Below are positions 24,421 to 37,286 of a DNA stretch of 64,000 nucleotides, piece after piece. Numbering within the stretch: the stretch's first letter is position 1; each line of letters starts with the position of its first letter. This stretch comes from Eledone cirrhosa (lineage: Eukaryota). The notes under the pieces are model-generated. The model did not search any database. It saw only the letters and a program-made list of their open reading frames with translations, and was not told where the DNA came from. A program made the translations under genes and the position numbers. Location: positions 120,404,001-120,468,000 of the forward strand of contig OZ024742.1 of the NCBI GenBank assembly GCA_964016885.1, given 5' to 3'.

Positions 24421-26416
24421 GAACACACCGAAGAAATCCATTATCTTCTTGAGTACAATGGCTTTTAATTACATGGCTTCTCTATACTAGTCTACTATCT
24501 ACAATATTAACTCAATTTGTGTGAAAGGAATGTCTATTAAACATTAATTTTCTGTGCTTATATAGATTATTGAATCTTTAGGGATTTCCTCCACTTAGCT
24601 CTTTCGTCATTACAGTTTTCATAGTATTTCACTGACCTATTTTCTTGTGCTTTATTACATAGATAACACTTGCAATAAATATTGCAATGTCTTTGGATGG
24701 GTGTGCTAAAAACGTTTCCCTATCATTTTTTTTCTCCACTTGCTGCAGTTTTTAAGGGGAAGGAACATATCAGTATAATGGTACTGAACAATGTTAGCTA
24801 TGAATGTAAATTAAAACTGCTCTAACCAAGAATCACAAGTTAGAGACTCGCCTAGCAAGGAACTTACTCTCTATTCTATGGTAATTGCCTCTTCCAGGCT
24901 AGAGCTAAATGATATTCTCATTTAGATGTCTAAGAATTAAAACGCCCACTCTCATGGTAATGCCTAAAAACATAAATAAATTCTTGCTACAGCTAGCAAT
25001 TTCTATTTTTGTTACAAAGAATGTGTGTAGAAAAAAAACATTCACCTAGTTACAGATTTCAACACATTACTACAGTTTCTTGGCCAGTTCCCTAATTTTT
25101 TTTAGCTTGCAATAAGCATATCAAACTTTCCTACGGTAAAGCTACCTTCATAGTAACAGCTTCAGCACTCTAATGGGAAATACAATTCAATGACTTATAA
25201 CTACTAAACTGAATGGAATTAATATTCTAAAGTACATGGTACTTACATCTTATAAGTTCTGAAGTAAGAGTAGCTTTGAAAGGAATATGATAAATTCTTC
25301 TATTCATGCCAGTTTCATTCAAAAAGTTATTACTTGAGATTTCACTGAGTATAAAAATGTTTCAGTGAAGAAATTTTGTAAATATTGAAGCTGTTCTAAA
25401 GAATAGCATCAAAGGTTTAAGTAAAAGTTGAAAAGTAATATCATAACAAAGGTTATCAGAGTGGATCGGTTAACCATGCTTTTTATTTTATGACAACACA
25501 CACTTTAACAAATGGTAGAGAATAGGTCAAATTAAATCTAAATAAGAAATTTTGATAAATCAAATCTCTAAAGGGGAAAATAAAAGGGCAATTTTAACAA
25601 AACATTGCTGACAAGAAAAAATGAAACATTAGAATTTAAAAAAAGGATAGATAAAAAAAGAAATACAACAGACTTATGAGTGTTATAAAATTACATAGTA
25701 AAGGATAGCTACCTTTAAAATTCATAATGGTGTAAATTGCTTAGATTCTTACAATCAATTCAGAGCACATGTTTTTATTCTATTTTAATATTGCGGAACC
25801 TAAAATCTATTAGCATATTCAATACTATACTCTAATGGTATGTGCAAAGAACAAATAACTCAACTAAACTGCAATACATACTAATCTAAACTACTACTAC
25901 TACTACTACCATTACTAGTAGTAGTAGTATTAGCACCAGTAGTAGTAATAGTAGTTTCTATCACTGTAGAAACTGGCTTTCTAATTGAAAGCCAGAAAAC
26001 CTATTTTTGTATTAGATATTTATGTTTAACTCATTACAACTGAGGTAAGTTTAGATAAAAGTCTACACACGCCCCTGCCCCCTCCCCTCCCCCCACACAC
26101 ACGAGTTCACTTCACAACTAACTGGTTCTGGGTTCAGTCCTATTGTGTTGGAACTTGGTTAAGTGTCTTCTACTATAAGCTCAAATTAACCAATACCTTG
26201 TGAGTGGAATTTGGTAGACAAAAGTTGAAGAAGCCGCGTGTATGTGCATGTGTCAGGTAACTTAGTAGTTCAGCAAAGAAGTACCAGACATGAAGAACTA
26301 AGTATTAAACCAAAGCAGTGCCCCAGCATGGCTGCAGTCTACTAACCGAAACAAGTAAAATAACAAAAGAAAGATGTGTATTATGTAAATTTTCAGCTAA
26401 AAAGTTCTAAGTTCAT

Positions 26417-28524
26417 ATTCCCATTGTTACTGTTGTGTTGTGTCCTCAGCTGGGTACTGGGGATGTTGTGGACACAGCACTGCCATTCCCATTGTTACTG
26501 TTGTGTTGTGTCCTCAGTTGGGCACTGGGGATGTTGTGGACACAGCACTGCCATTCCCATTGTTACTGTTGTGTTGTGTCCTCAGCTGGGTACTGGGGAT
26601 GTTGTGGACACAGCACTGCCATTCCCATTGTTACTGTTGTGTTGTGTCCTCAGCTGGGTACTGGAGATGTTATGGACACAGCACTGCCATTCCCATTGTT
26701 ACTGTTGTGTTGTGTCTTCAGCTTGGCACTGGAGATGTTATGGACACAGCACTGCCATTCCCATTGTTACTGTTGTGTTGTGTCCTCAGCTGGGCACTGG
26801 AGATGTTATGGACACAGCACTGCCATTCCCATTGTTACTGTTGTGTTGTGTCTTCAGCTTGGTACTGGAGATGTTATGGACACAGCACTGCCATTCCCAT
26901 TGTTACTGTTGTGTTGTGTCCTCAGCTGGGTACTGGGGATGTTGTGGACACAGCACTGCCATTCCCATTGTTACTGTTGTGTTGTGTCCTCAGTTGGGCA
27001 CTGGGGATGTTGTGGACACAGCACTGCCATTCCCATTGTTACTGTTGTGTTGTGTCCTCAGCTGGGCACTGGAGATGTTATGGACACAGCACTGCCATTC
27101 CCATTGTTACTGTTGTGTTGTGTCTTCAGCTTGGTACTGGAGATGTTATGGACACAGCACTGCCATTCCCATTGTTACTGTTGTGTTGTGTCCTCAGCTG
27201 GGTACTGGAGATGTTATGGACACAGCACTGCCATTCCCATTGTTACTGTTGTGTTGTGTCTTCAGCTTGGTACTGGAGATGTTATGGACACAGCACTGCC
27301 ATTCCCATTGTTACTGTTGTGTTGTGTCCTCAGCTGGGTACTGGAGATGTTATGGACACAGCACTGCCATTCCCATTGTTACTGTTGTGTTGTGTCCTCA
27401 GCTGGGTACTGGAGATGTTATGGACACAGCACTGCCATTCCCATTGTTACTGTTGTGTTGTGTCTTCAGCTTGGTACTGGAGATGTTATGGACACAGCAC
27501 TGCCATTCCCATTGTTACTGTTGTGTTGTGTCTTCAGCTTGGTACTGGGGATGTTGTGGACACAGCACTGCCATTCCCATTGTTACTGTTGTGTTGTGTC
27601 CTCAGCTGGGTACTGGAGATGTTATGGACACAGCACTGCCATTCCCATTGTTACTGTTGTGTTGTGTCCTCAGCTGGGTACTGGAGATGTTATGGACACA
27701 GCACTGCCATTCCCATTGTTACTGTTGTGTTGTGTCCTCAGCTGGGTACTGGAGATGTTATGGACACAGCACTGCCATTCCCATTGTTACTGTTGTGTTG
27801 TGTCCTCAGCTGGGCACTGGAGATGTTATGGACACAGCACTGCCATTCCCATTATTACTGTTGTGTTGTGTCTTCAGCTTGGTACTGGAGATGTTATGGA
27901 CACAGCACTGCCATTCCCATTGTTACTGTTGTGTTGTGTCTTCAGCTGGGCACTGGAGATGTTATGGACACAGCACTGCCATTCCCATTGTTACTGTTGT
28001 GTTGTGTCTTCAGCTGGGCACTGGAGATGTTATGGACACAGCACTGCCATTCCCATTGTTACTGTTGTGTTGTGTCTTCAGCTGGGCACTGGAGATGTTA
28101 TGGACACAGCACTGCCATTCCCATTGTTACTGTTGTGTTGTGTCTTCAGCTTGGTACTGGAGATGTTATGGACACAGCACTGCCATTCCCATTGTTACTG
28201 TTGTGTTGTGTCTTCAGCTTGGTACTGGAGATGTTATGGACACAGCACTGCCATTCCCATTGTTACTGTTGTGTTGTGTCTTCAGCTTGGTACTGGAGAT
28301 GTTATGGACACAGCACTGCCATTCCCATTGTTACTGTTGTGTTGTGTCTTCAGCTTGGTACTGGAGATGTTATGGACACAGCACTGCCATTCCCATTGTT
28401 ACTGTTGTGTTGTGTCTTCAGCTTGGTACTGGAGATGTTATGGACACAGCACTGCCATTCCCATTGTTACTGTTGTGTTGTGTCTTCAGCTTGGTACTGG
28501 AGATGTTATGGTCACAGCACTGCC
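26417..28524. repeat. 68-bp tandem satellite, 31 copies
   Basis: Unit ATTCCCATTGTTACTGTTGTGTTGTGTCYTCAGCTKGGYACTGGRGATGTTRTGGACACAGCACTGCC; 2108 bp = 31 x 68; no spacers. Confidence 0.97.
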
Positions 28525-31500
28525 AAACAGTTAAGAAGTTCACTCCACAATCATAAGGTGCTGAGTCCAATCCTACTATGTGGCATCTTGGGCAAGTATG
28601 ATTTGCTGTAACCTCGAGTAGACTTATTTGTTGAGAGTGAAATTGGGTGGGAAAGAAACTGATTGGAAGCCAGTCATGTGGACAATACCTGGCATTCAAA
28701 GGATCAGACTTGTCACTGTATCATGCTGAATATCCCCAGAAATTACATTGAGAGCACACAGATCTGTGGAATACTCAGCCACTTTAACATTAATTTCATG
28801 AGCAAGCTGTTCCATTGACCAAACAACTGGAGCACCCATCTTGGTAACGAATAGCGGTCCGTTCCTCTGGAGATGTCTGCTGTCCCTCCACCACCACTTA
28901 TATAGCAACAGAACAAGAAGAGAGAGAGAGAGGTTAAACAACAATAGAATATGATGGGAATGGGAACTGTGAAGCAGTTTGGTAGATAATAGCAGATGAG
29001 ACTACTCTCTTTTGTATGAAGTAAATTTAAGAATTTAACATCTTGTTGTTTTTAAAGTTGTGTTGTGTGGTTCAGGCACATATATTTCTATATTACTATA
29101 CAGGATGAAAAGGCTATTAGGTAAGAAATTTACTGACACTAAATTCTGTTAGTGGAGAAATGGGAGGGAAGATGAAAAAATGGTGTGTTTTAATATTTAA
29201 TACTGAGTATATTCATTTCTTTAAACACCTTTGATACCAACACACTCATAACAGCCTGTTTTATTTTATCGAATGAAATTATCCATTTTTAAAGGTTCAG
29301 ATTCAAGTTAACACCTTCCAATATAATTTTGATATAAGAACCTTTTGTTAAGTTCCCTTGAAATTCTTTGTTAATTAATTGATATTGTGTATTGTATTTT
29401 TTTTGTTTTGTTTTTTTTAGAATAGGTACACCATATTCTTGAATGCCATAAAAGGGTTGGCATTAGGGAGGGTATCTGGCTATAAAACACTGTCTCAAAC
29501 CACCTTATCCATACCAGCATAGAAGAGTGGGCATAAAAAAATGATGAAGACAGTGTACTTCGTTTGGAATATCATCATCATCATGGTTATGAAAAGGCTA
29601 AGAACCATAAATACACCAATTTACAGGTGTGTAAATGATTCTCTCTAAAGAATATGATGTATGAAGACTTGCTTGTAAGAGATTCAGAGTTCAGTTTCAA
29701 AACAGAGCAGGTGGCATGGAGAATAAATAGTTAACAGTGAATATCGTGGTATAGAATGAAGAATTAACAACGAATATGGTGCTATGAAGACAGGTTGGAA
29801 AACAGCAGCAAATCAGGAATGTGCAATCTACTATATTGTTGAAGATGTTTCCATTTTTCTTTAACATATTGTATTGGAGAGCTTAATTAATATTAAGAAA
29901 TAGATTTAGCACACTATATGATTGATAAACCAACCAACAGTAATAAGAGGAAATGAGAAAAGAATATATATACATTTAATTGTACCATATACAGCATTAA
30001 TGTCCATTAGCAAAACAAAACATTTTATTTAATCTCACAGACAATAGATTTTACAGAGTGAATGAATGATAGCACGTGTAGTATGAAGACTGATATGTTA
30101 ATTAAATGGCAGTAAGAGTAACAATTAAAAACCAGAAGTGCTGACGTTATTTGCTAAGAGATATTACTGTCAACAGCAACAATTATGGCAGTGATGGTGG
30201 ATGTTGCAGTGATGGTGGTGGTGATGATATAGTGGGAGTTATGAAAAACTAGCAATGTAATATTCTGAGATAGTTGGATATCAGTGGAACTTAACAGTTA
30301 AAGAATTAAGCAGAAAAAGACATTAAGAGATGTTTACAATCAAATTATCCCTGTCTACTATCTGAAAGGCTGGCAATTGATTTTCTGTCACTAACACTGT
30401 GATTGTGTTTTGTCCCTGACAAAGACACTGAAGTCTCAATAGCCTAATGCAACTATCTGTAAATAGATACCATGAGAAATATTGTTCAGTGTGTTAGCAG
30501 TGAGGCACTGCTTAATTTATATAGTGTTTCATTAGTTTAAAATGCTCAGCTTAAATCATCCTATGAGCAAGAAGAATTAAATAGAAAATCACTCAACAGA
30601 ATCCATTTGAAGATGGCGTCTTCACTGGTTCCCTAACAATATTATTTCATTTTCTGTTTCTTTAACTGGAACTCTTGAAATCAACAGTTACATACTACAC
30701 AGAGTTACAAAACAGAGGTCTGTACTACATACTGTCACAAGATACAGGCATGTATCACAAGACTGTACCACCTTCAGTAAGTAATGTAGTCAATCTTCAA
30801 AGTTGCATGCTCCAACATGCCTTCAAGCACTGGATGAGCCAAGAGTACCTCTCAGTGGATGCTTAACCCACTTGAAATAAACATATCTCTCTCAATTCAC
30901 AAAATGCATTGGATAATGTAGATGTATATTGACTAGGCCTGGGGAAAACACAGGATAGTCACAACTATAATGACTTTGATCATAATTCTTCTAAGTCAGG
31001 TATCATCTGGGACTTAAGAACAAGCACTGGATTCCTCTAATCAGAGCAGGAATTCAATCCATCTGAAAAGGCTCAACAAAATAACTCAAAAGTGCTTAAA
31101 ATGCAAACAAATTAAGACCCTAAAAATGGAATGCAGACACTCAAGGAGAGAGGAAGTTCAAGAGATGGAAAAGACCTTTGCTACAGGAAACAGCCAGACA
31201 CTATTTTGATATAACATCTAAATCCCTATGAGTTAGTAAGGTAATAAACAAAACAAGGTAGGTGTCTTATCTATTTTCTACTGTCTTATCACAGCAGGCT
31301 TATAATGGTGTTAAAGCATGCATGCTAACAGGTACACACACATACATGTACATACATACATACAATGGCTGACTAAACACACGTGATTTCCTCCTGTAAA
31401 AAAATGTTTCTGTTTCTTCCTCTCTTACTCTCATCAATTTTTCTATTTCATCTATCTTTCATTCTGTCTTCTGATGAACAACTCATATCCCAAAAATTAT

Positions 31501-33720
31501 GACACTTTTTCCACTAAAGCAAGCATTAAAGTAATATATATCATCATTGTGCTATATCATTCTCCTGTATTTTTCCTAGTTGAATTTTCACTCACACACA
31601 CACACACACAGTGAGCGCCCTACAATTTCCATCTACCTACTTCACTCACAAGACATTAATCAGTCAAGGGCTGCAGTGGAAGACCATTACCCAAGTTGCC
31701 ACACTGTGCAATTGAAACCAAAACTATATGGTTCTAAAACCAGCTTCTTAACCAGACAGCCATGTTAGTAGCTACTATAATAAGAATAAATTTGAGATTG
31801 TCAGTGTTTTATACAACAGATTGAAAAGACATGTCAATTCAAATAACATCTCATCATTTGCTTTTAATATATCATAGTTTTCTATGCTGCAGACAATCAA
31901 TGTTATTTGTATATTATAAATTTCGTGCTTGTGTCAATTACAAGTCGACCATTTGATGCTAGATGCTTCAATGTAACATATGTCTGTTGAAATCTAGACA
32001 GGAATTTCTGCTATGCTGGAACAGATAAAAATCAAATCACAAGTGCCTGACTTGTATAATTCTAATTAAATTGTTTTCCTTGCTACTGCGAACTCTAAAG
32101 CATGAGTCATTGAAAATTATGAACAATGAATGTTATAATAAATGCTAATGTTATGGATCTAGTTACTTGAACAGAATATTTGACTGAAAAGCCTATATTT
32201 TGAAAAGTTTCCTTTTCGATGAATAATTCTGTTGCCAAAATATCATGACTTGAATATTTATTTTGACAACACTATTGTTTCTTTCAGGTTCTTAATGTTC
32301 TAGTAGTGTATATTTATCACTTGCAGAAATATCAGGTTGTAAGTGTTTATTAAGCACCAAGAAACATTAGAGAGAAGGGCCTCAGTTTCATGGTGCTGAA
32401 TGATCATCACCATCATTTTTACACTGACTTTTCTAGTCAGAACTTTTTGAGGCAATGCTTTACAATCAGTCTACCTATTCTAAACCAGATAGACACACAA
32501 ATATAAAATAAAACTTCCCCTAATAGGATACTAATCTACCATGTGTAACATTACAACAACTAACAGCTAGGTAAGATGAGGAAATACAGAAAGTTTTGTC
32601 CCTCCAAAATAACAAAATGCCTACAGCAGATTAAAAGTTAAAATCCATGAGCTGGTTATCCTCTCAATCATTTTGCATTCACATTTAAGCAGTTAATGAA
32701 AGGACAATGAAATGATGTACTTACATTAGATAAAGAGAACAAGAGTAAGATATAGACAGTTCTGATAAGAAGAATGAGTTTATATCCTTATATTTCTAAT
32801 GGAAAGACACAGCCTATGATTTTCAAATAATTTAGAAAATAATAATAATAATAAAAATTTGAAGGGATATAATATAACTAATTTTCTCATAATTAAGCTG
32901 GTATTTGGGGCATAACTTGACAAAAGTTCACACATAAAATGATGATGGAAGGCTTTTAGATAAATACAAATACTTTAAAACAAACAGCTTTGTATCATAG
33001 AAACAAGATTGGCTTCAGGCAGGTTGGTATCAAAGGATTTAATGGCAAGGAGAAAATCTAAGTTATATGTAACACTGACTACAAATATTATTGAAATGAG
33101 GAATAACAAGAAAATTAATTAACATTTTTATTTTTTCAATGAATTTTAGATTCTTAACATTTTTATATGCATACTTTCAATGAATATATAACTCAATTTT
33201 ATATATGTTCATATATAAAATTATTTCATAAGGTGTTGGCTGTCACTCAACATTGACTATGATTCTTCACCAAGTGGCTGCCTCTGTAAGATTTCTTTTA
33301 AACTGTTCAGACTGTTACATGACAAAATCCTTATGCAATGGCATACTTCCTGTCGTGATTATAAATCCTTTCTGATATAACCCTATTATCCACATATGGT
33401 AGAGTGAAGATAAATTATCTTCAACTGAATTTGGTCTCAGTAATGTAAACTGACAAACCACTTGTTGGATCAGGTTATGCTAGCAAGCCATTTTACTATT
33501 ACAAGTTAATCAGTTAGAATAGTTCAGAGCTTTTCTAAGGAGTCGGGTGTGGGACTAATTAAGGGATAGTAATACCAAATTTCAGCAGAGAGAGATATAT
33601 AAATCCACCACCAATATGCTCCAATTCAAAGAAACAACTGTCAAACCAAGTTGAAATAGAAAAAACCCACCTCATACAAGCATGAAAACAAAACAATTAT
33701 ATAAAAACATTTCTGTTTAA

Positions 33721-33935
33721 CCATTTTATAACTATGTTTCTAATGAAATAAACTATTCAAATTAATTTATGACGTATTTTGAGAGATGTACTAAAATTAT
33801 TAATTATTTCATTACTAAATAATAATTTGACATAATTCTTATATAAAATTATGTTGGAGGACTATAATTTAAATATTTTAAAATGAGTGGCTTTGTTTCA
33901 TAGAACCAGAGTTGACCTAGTTGGTATCAAAAGAG
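33721..33935. mobile_element. TTAA-flanked MITE, family 2 (older, piggyBac-like)
   Basis: TTAA|CCATTTT...GGTATCAAAAGAG|TTAA; related copies near 29221, 32800-33042, 41400-41633, 47826-48063, 52221-52470, 59007-59243, 60668-60871. Confidence 0.65.
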
Positions 33936-35814
33936 TTAAATTGCAAATTTTTTTATGACATTCAAATATTCCTATTCAGCTAATTATGAAACATATATTC
34001 AATGTTTATTTTGATAATATGAAAATAAAACTAAAATAAATATTTACTGCTAGTCTTGAATTTCAAACAGAAATAATATCTACAATAATTATCAAAAGAA
34101 CATATCAAACTAAAGAATTTACCTACAAATTCAAACCAAACAATTTTACCAATCAACATTTTGGATAATGGAACAACACTGAATGGAAAATGCACAGTAT
34201 GACCCAAAGAAAAAAGGGCAGGATAATTTTAAAAGGCATCAAAATCTATCAATACTATATTTTTTTATTTTTATTTAATAACACAGACTGATTTTCTACA
34301 CAGAATGTTTGAAAATTTATTTATGAAACTAAGCATAAACAATATAAAAATTTCTTTATTTGATTAAAAATTGAATACAATTATTTTAATTTTATTTTAA
34401 AATAGTGACATTGAACTCTACTTATAGAAACACTTTATATTTTATTATTAGTTTGATATAAATGAAAACTTTAATAGAATTTATAATGCTTTTGATTCTT
34501 GTCAGTTTTAATCAATATAAAATCTATGCAATTATTCAAAAAGGGAAAATTATTAAGTTGGTTTCATACCTTAGTGCAATGTCATTGCATTGGTAGTACT
34601 ATATACAAATATATACTATTACTTCAGCATTAATCCATTGTAATTATTTGGAATAATATTTGTAGTTAATAAAACAAATTCTGAGAAAAATTAATTTAGA
34701 TTAGTTTAAATTAATCTTTTCCTGTAAGCACTTACAAAGCCACTTAATAGTAAATTTTGCAACATCGACTAATTCACTATCTACCTTCAAAAACCTTCAA
34801 ATAAAACAGCTAACCTATTTTTCTCCCCAGCTATTATTACTAAACCAACTTCTTGACCACTGAAAATCATGAATAATAACATGGGTAGCCTATGTGAAAC
34901 CAGGCTATATACTAATTTTTTTTTTTTATATATTTCCTTTATAAGTGTGTTCAAAGCATCTTTCAGAGATTCATATGAAATTATAAACAAACATTTAGAT
35001 GCATGCATGGTTGCATGATTACAGAGTTTACTTTGCAAACATGTGGTTTCAGATTCAGTCCCACTGCATGGCACATTGGGCAAGTGTCTTCAACTATAAC
35101 CTCAGGCAAACTAATGCCTTGTGAACAGAAACTGTGTAGAAGTCTGTGATGCATTTATGCTTGTTGTTTATGTCATAATTTAGCAGTTAAACAAAAAGAG
35201 ATTGATAAAATACTTTTTTTTTTCAAGTATTGGGGCTAATATGATCATCTAAATCCTTTAAGATATGGCCACAGTCTAATGACGAATCAGTAAAAGGATT
35301 TTTTTTAAATAAAAAAAACAAGCGTGTGTGCACACACGCATGCATAGTCTAGTGCAAAGGTTCTCAACGGGGGGACATATGCACCCCCAGGGGGCGTTTC
35401 GGAAATCCAGGGGGGCGTTTGGGAGCAAGGGGGCGTTTGGAGCTTTGGAGTGCACTGGAAGGCTCTTTACTTTGGTAAGTTTTATAAGCCATATTTGTAT
35501 GTCTTTGAGACAGCCAGTGTGAATGCATTTGAATGAGCATGCAGACAGCATAACTATGGTCTGACCGCAGCTGTGAGCAGGTGTGCAGGCGTGTTTAGAC
35601 ATTAACCGGTAATTGAGATCCTAACAATGGAAAAACCGACAGTCAACTGGGTCAAGGACACTTCAATCGCAGCCAGTTAGAATATTGTCTTTCCTTCACC
35701 GATAACAATGTATTTCATGTCTGAAATCATTGACTCAACCGTAACGAGTTAACACTATGTAGATCTATTTTATTTCCTATTGTATAAATAATATTACAAA
35801 TAAAAAAAAATAAA

Positions 35815-36223
35815 ACAACACAGAAGCGGGTAGCACACACATCTAGGACCACATACAACACATAATTAGATAATACACACATCTAGGACCACATACAACA
35901 CATAAGCAGGTAATACATACATCTAGGACTACATGCAACACATAAGGAGGTAGCACACACATCTAAGACCACATACAACACACAGGCAAGTAATACATAC
36001 ATTTAGGACCACATACAACACATAAGCAGGTAATACAAACATCTAGGACCACATACAACACATAATCAGGTAATACAAACATCTAGGACCACATACAACA
36101 CATAATCAGGTAATACATACATCTAGGACCACATGCAATACATAAGCAGGTAATACATACATCTAAGACTACCTACAACACACAGGCAGGTAATACATAC
36201 ATCTAGGACCAAATACAACACAC
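35815..36223. repeat. 40-bp minisatellite, about 10 copies, inside the hAT element
   Basis: ATCTAGGACC-type unit at 35841, 35881 ... 36201. Confidence 0.92.
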
Positions 36224-36224
36224 A

Positions 36225-37286
36225 TTGTATCATGTGCTACGGACGACGCTAGAGCAATGGTCGGCCAACATAAGGGTTTCGTCACTCTTCTGAAGAGAGA
36301 AAATCTATCTGTATTTGTTATTCATTGTGTCATTCATCGACAACACTTGGCTGTGAAGAAACTCAGCAAGCCGCTGAGCAAGTCCTTGCAGGTGGCCCTT
36401 GATGTCATCAATTTTATCAAACGGCATTCCCTCAATGAGCGAATTTTCCAGCAACTGTGCCAAGATAATGACGAAGAATTTGTCAAGTTGCTCCTTCATA
36501 ATGAAGTAAAGTGGCTTTCAAAGGGCAACTGCCTTACTTCTTTGAACTGTTTGACTCTATCATTGAGTTTCTGCGAGGACGCAACACAGAACTGTACAAG
36601 AAAACCCTCGATGTGAGGCAAAACTGCACCTACCTCACTGACATTGTCAACAAATGCAATAGCGTCATTTTGGCTTTGCAGAGGAAGAAGATCACCTTGC
36701 TTAAAGCAAGGAATGCTGTGAAAACATTCCTGGCCAAATTGAATATCATCGAAAGGAATCTTTGTTGACGGGAATTCTATAATTTTCCTAATGTCGCCAA
36801 TGTTCAAAACATTGTAAGCGATTACCAACTCCAAATTTATACCGCTCACCTCCGTGCGCTACAAGACAACATGAGAGAACGGTTTGTCGACCTTTTGCCG
36901 ATGGAGATCCCAATGTGGGTAGCAGATCCCTTCACAGCTAACGTCGATGATTTGGACGTTATATTTCAGGAAGAATTCATTGAACTTCAAGCAGATGACA
37001 TGATCAAAATTAGATTTCCCAAAATAGGTGAACCCCTTTTTTGGATGCAAGAGGAAATTCAGCATCGATTTCCACACCTACATGCAGAGGCTAAAAGATT
37101 TGCTCTGCCTTTTCCAAGCTCATACTTAGTCAAGAGGAGGTTTGGTGGTGTTTCTAGACTGCACAGTAAGGCTCGCAACTGCTACAATGTAATTACATGT
37201 GGAGATCTCCGGTTACATCTTACGAAAAATCCAGCCTGACGTCAAAGAGTTAGCTAGACTCCATAAAGTTCAAGGGTCCCATTGAA
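36225..37286 (+). pseudogene. hAT transposase C-terminal half (ZBED5/SCAND3/Buster-like), frameshifted
   Basis: CATDDARAMVG, IHCVIHRQHL, LLLHNEVKWLSKG, LPFPSSYLV motifs across ORFs 36257, 36511 and 36871. Confidence 0.9.

Noticed and set aside
26417-28524. Hammerhead in the 68-bp satellite (minus strand CTGAGGA/CTGAAGA)
   Set aside because: No stem II pairing, GAAT rather than GAAA, and no valid stem III or cleavage triplet.
26376-28611. Three 700-aa Cys-rich ORFs as a real gene, or the array as a CRISPR locus
   Set aside because: All three frames cycle through the same stop-free 68-bp unit; no unique spacers, no cas genes, eukaryotic context.
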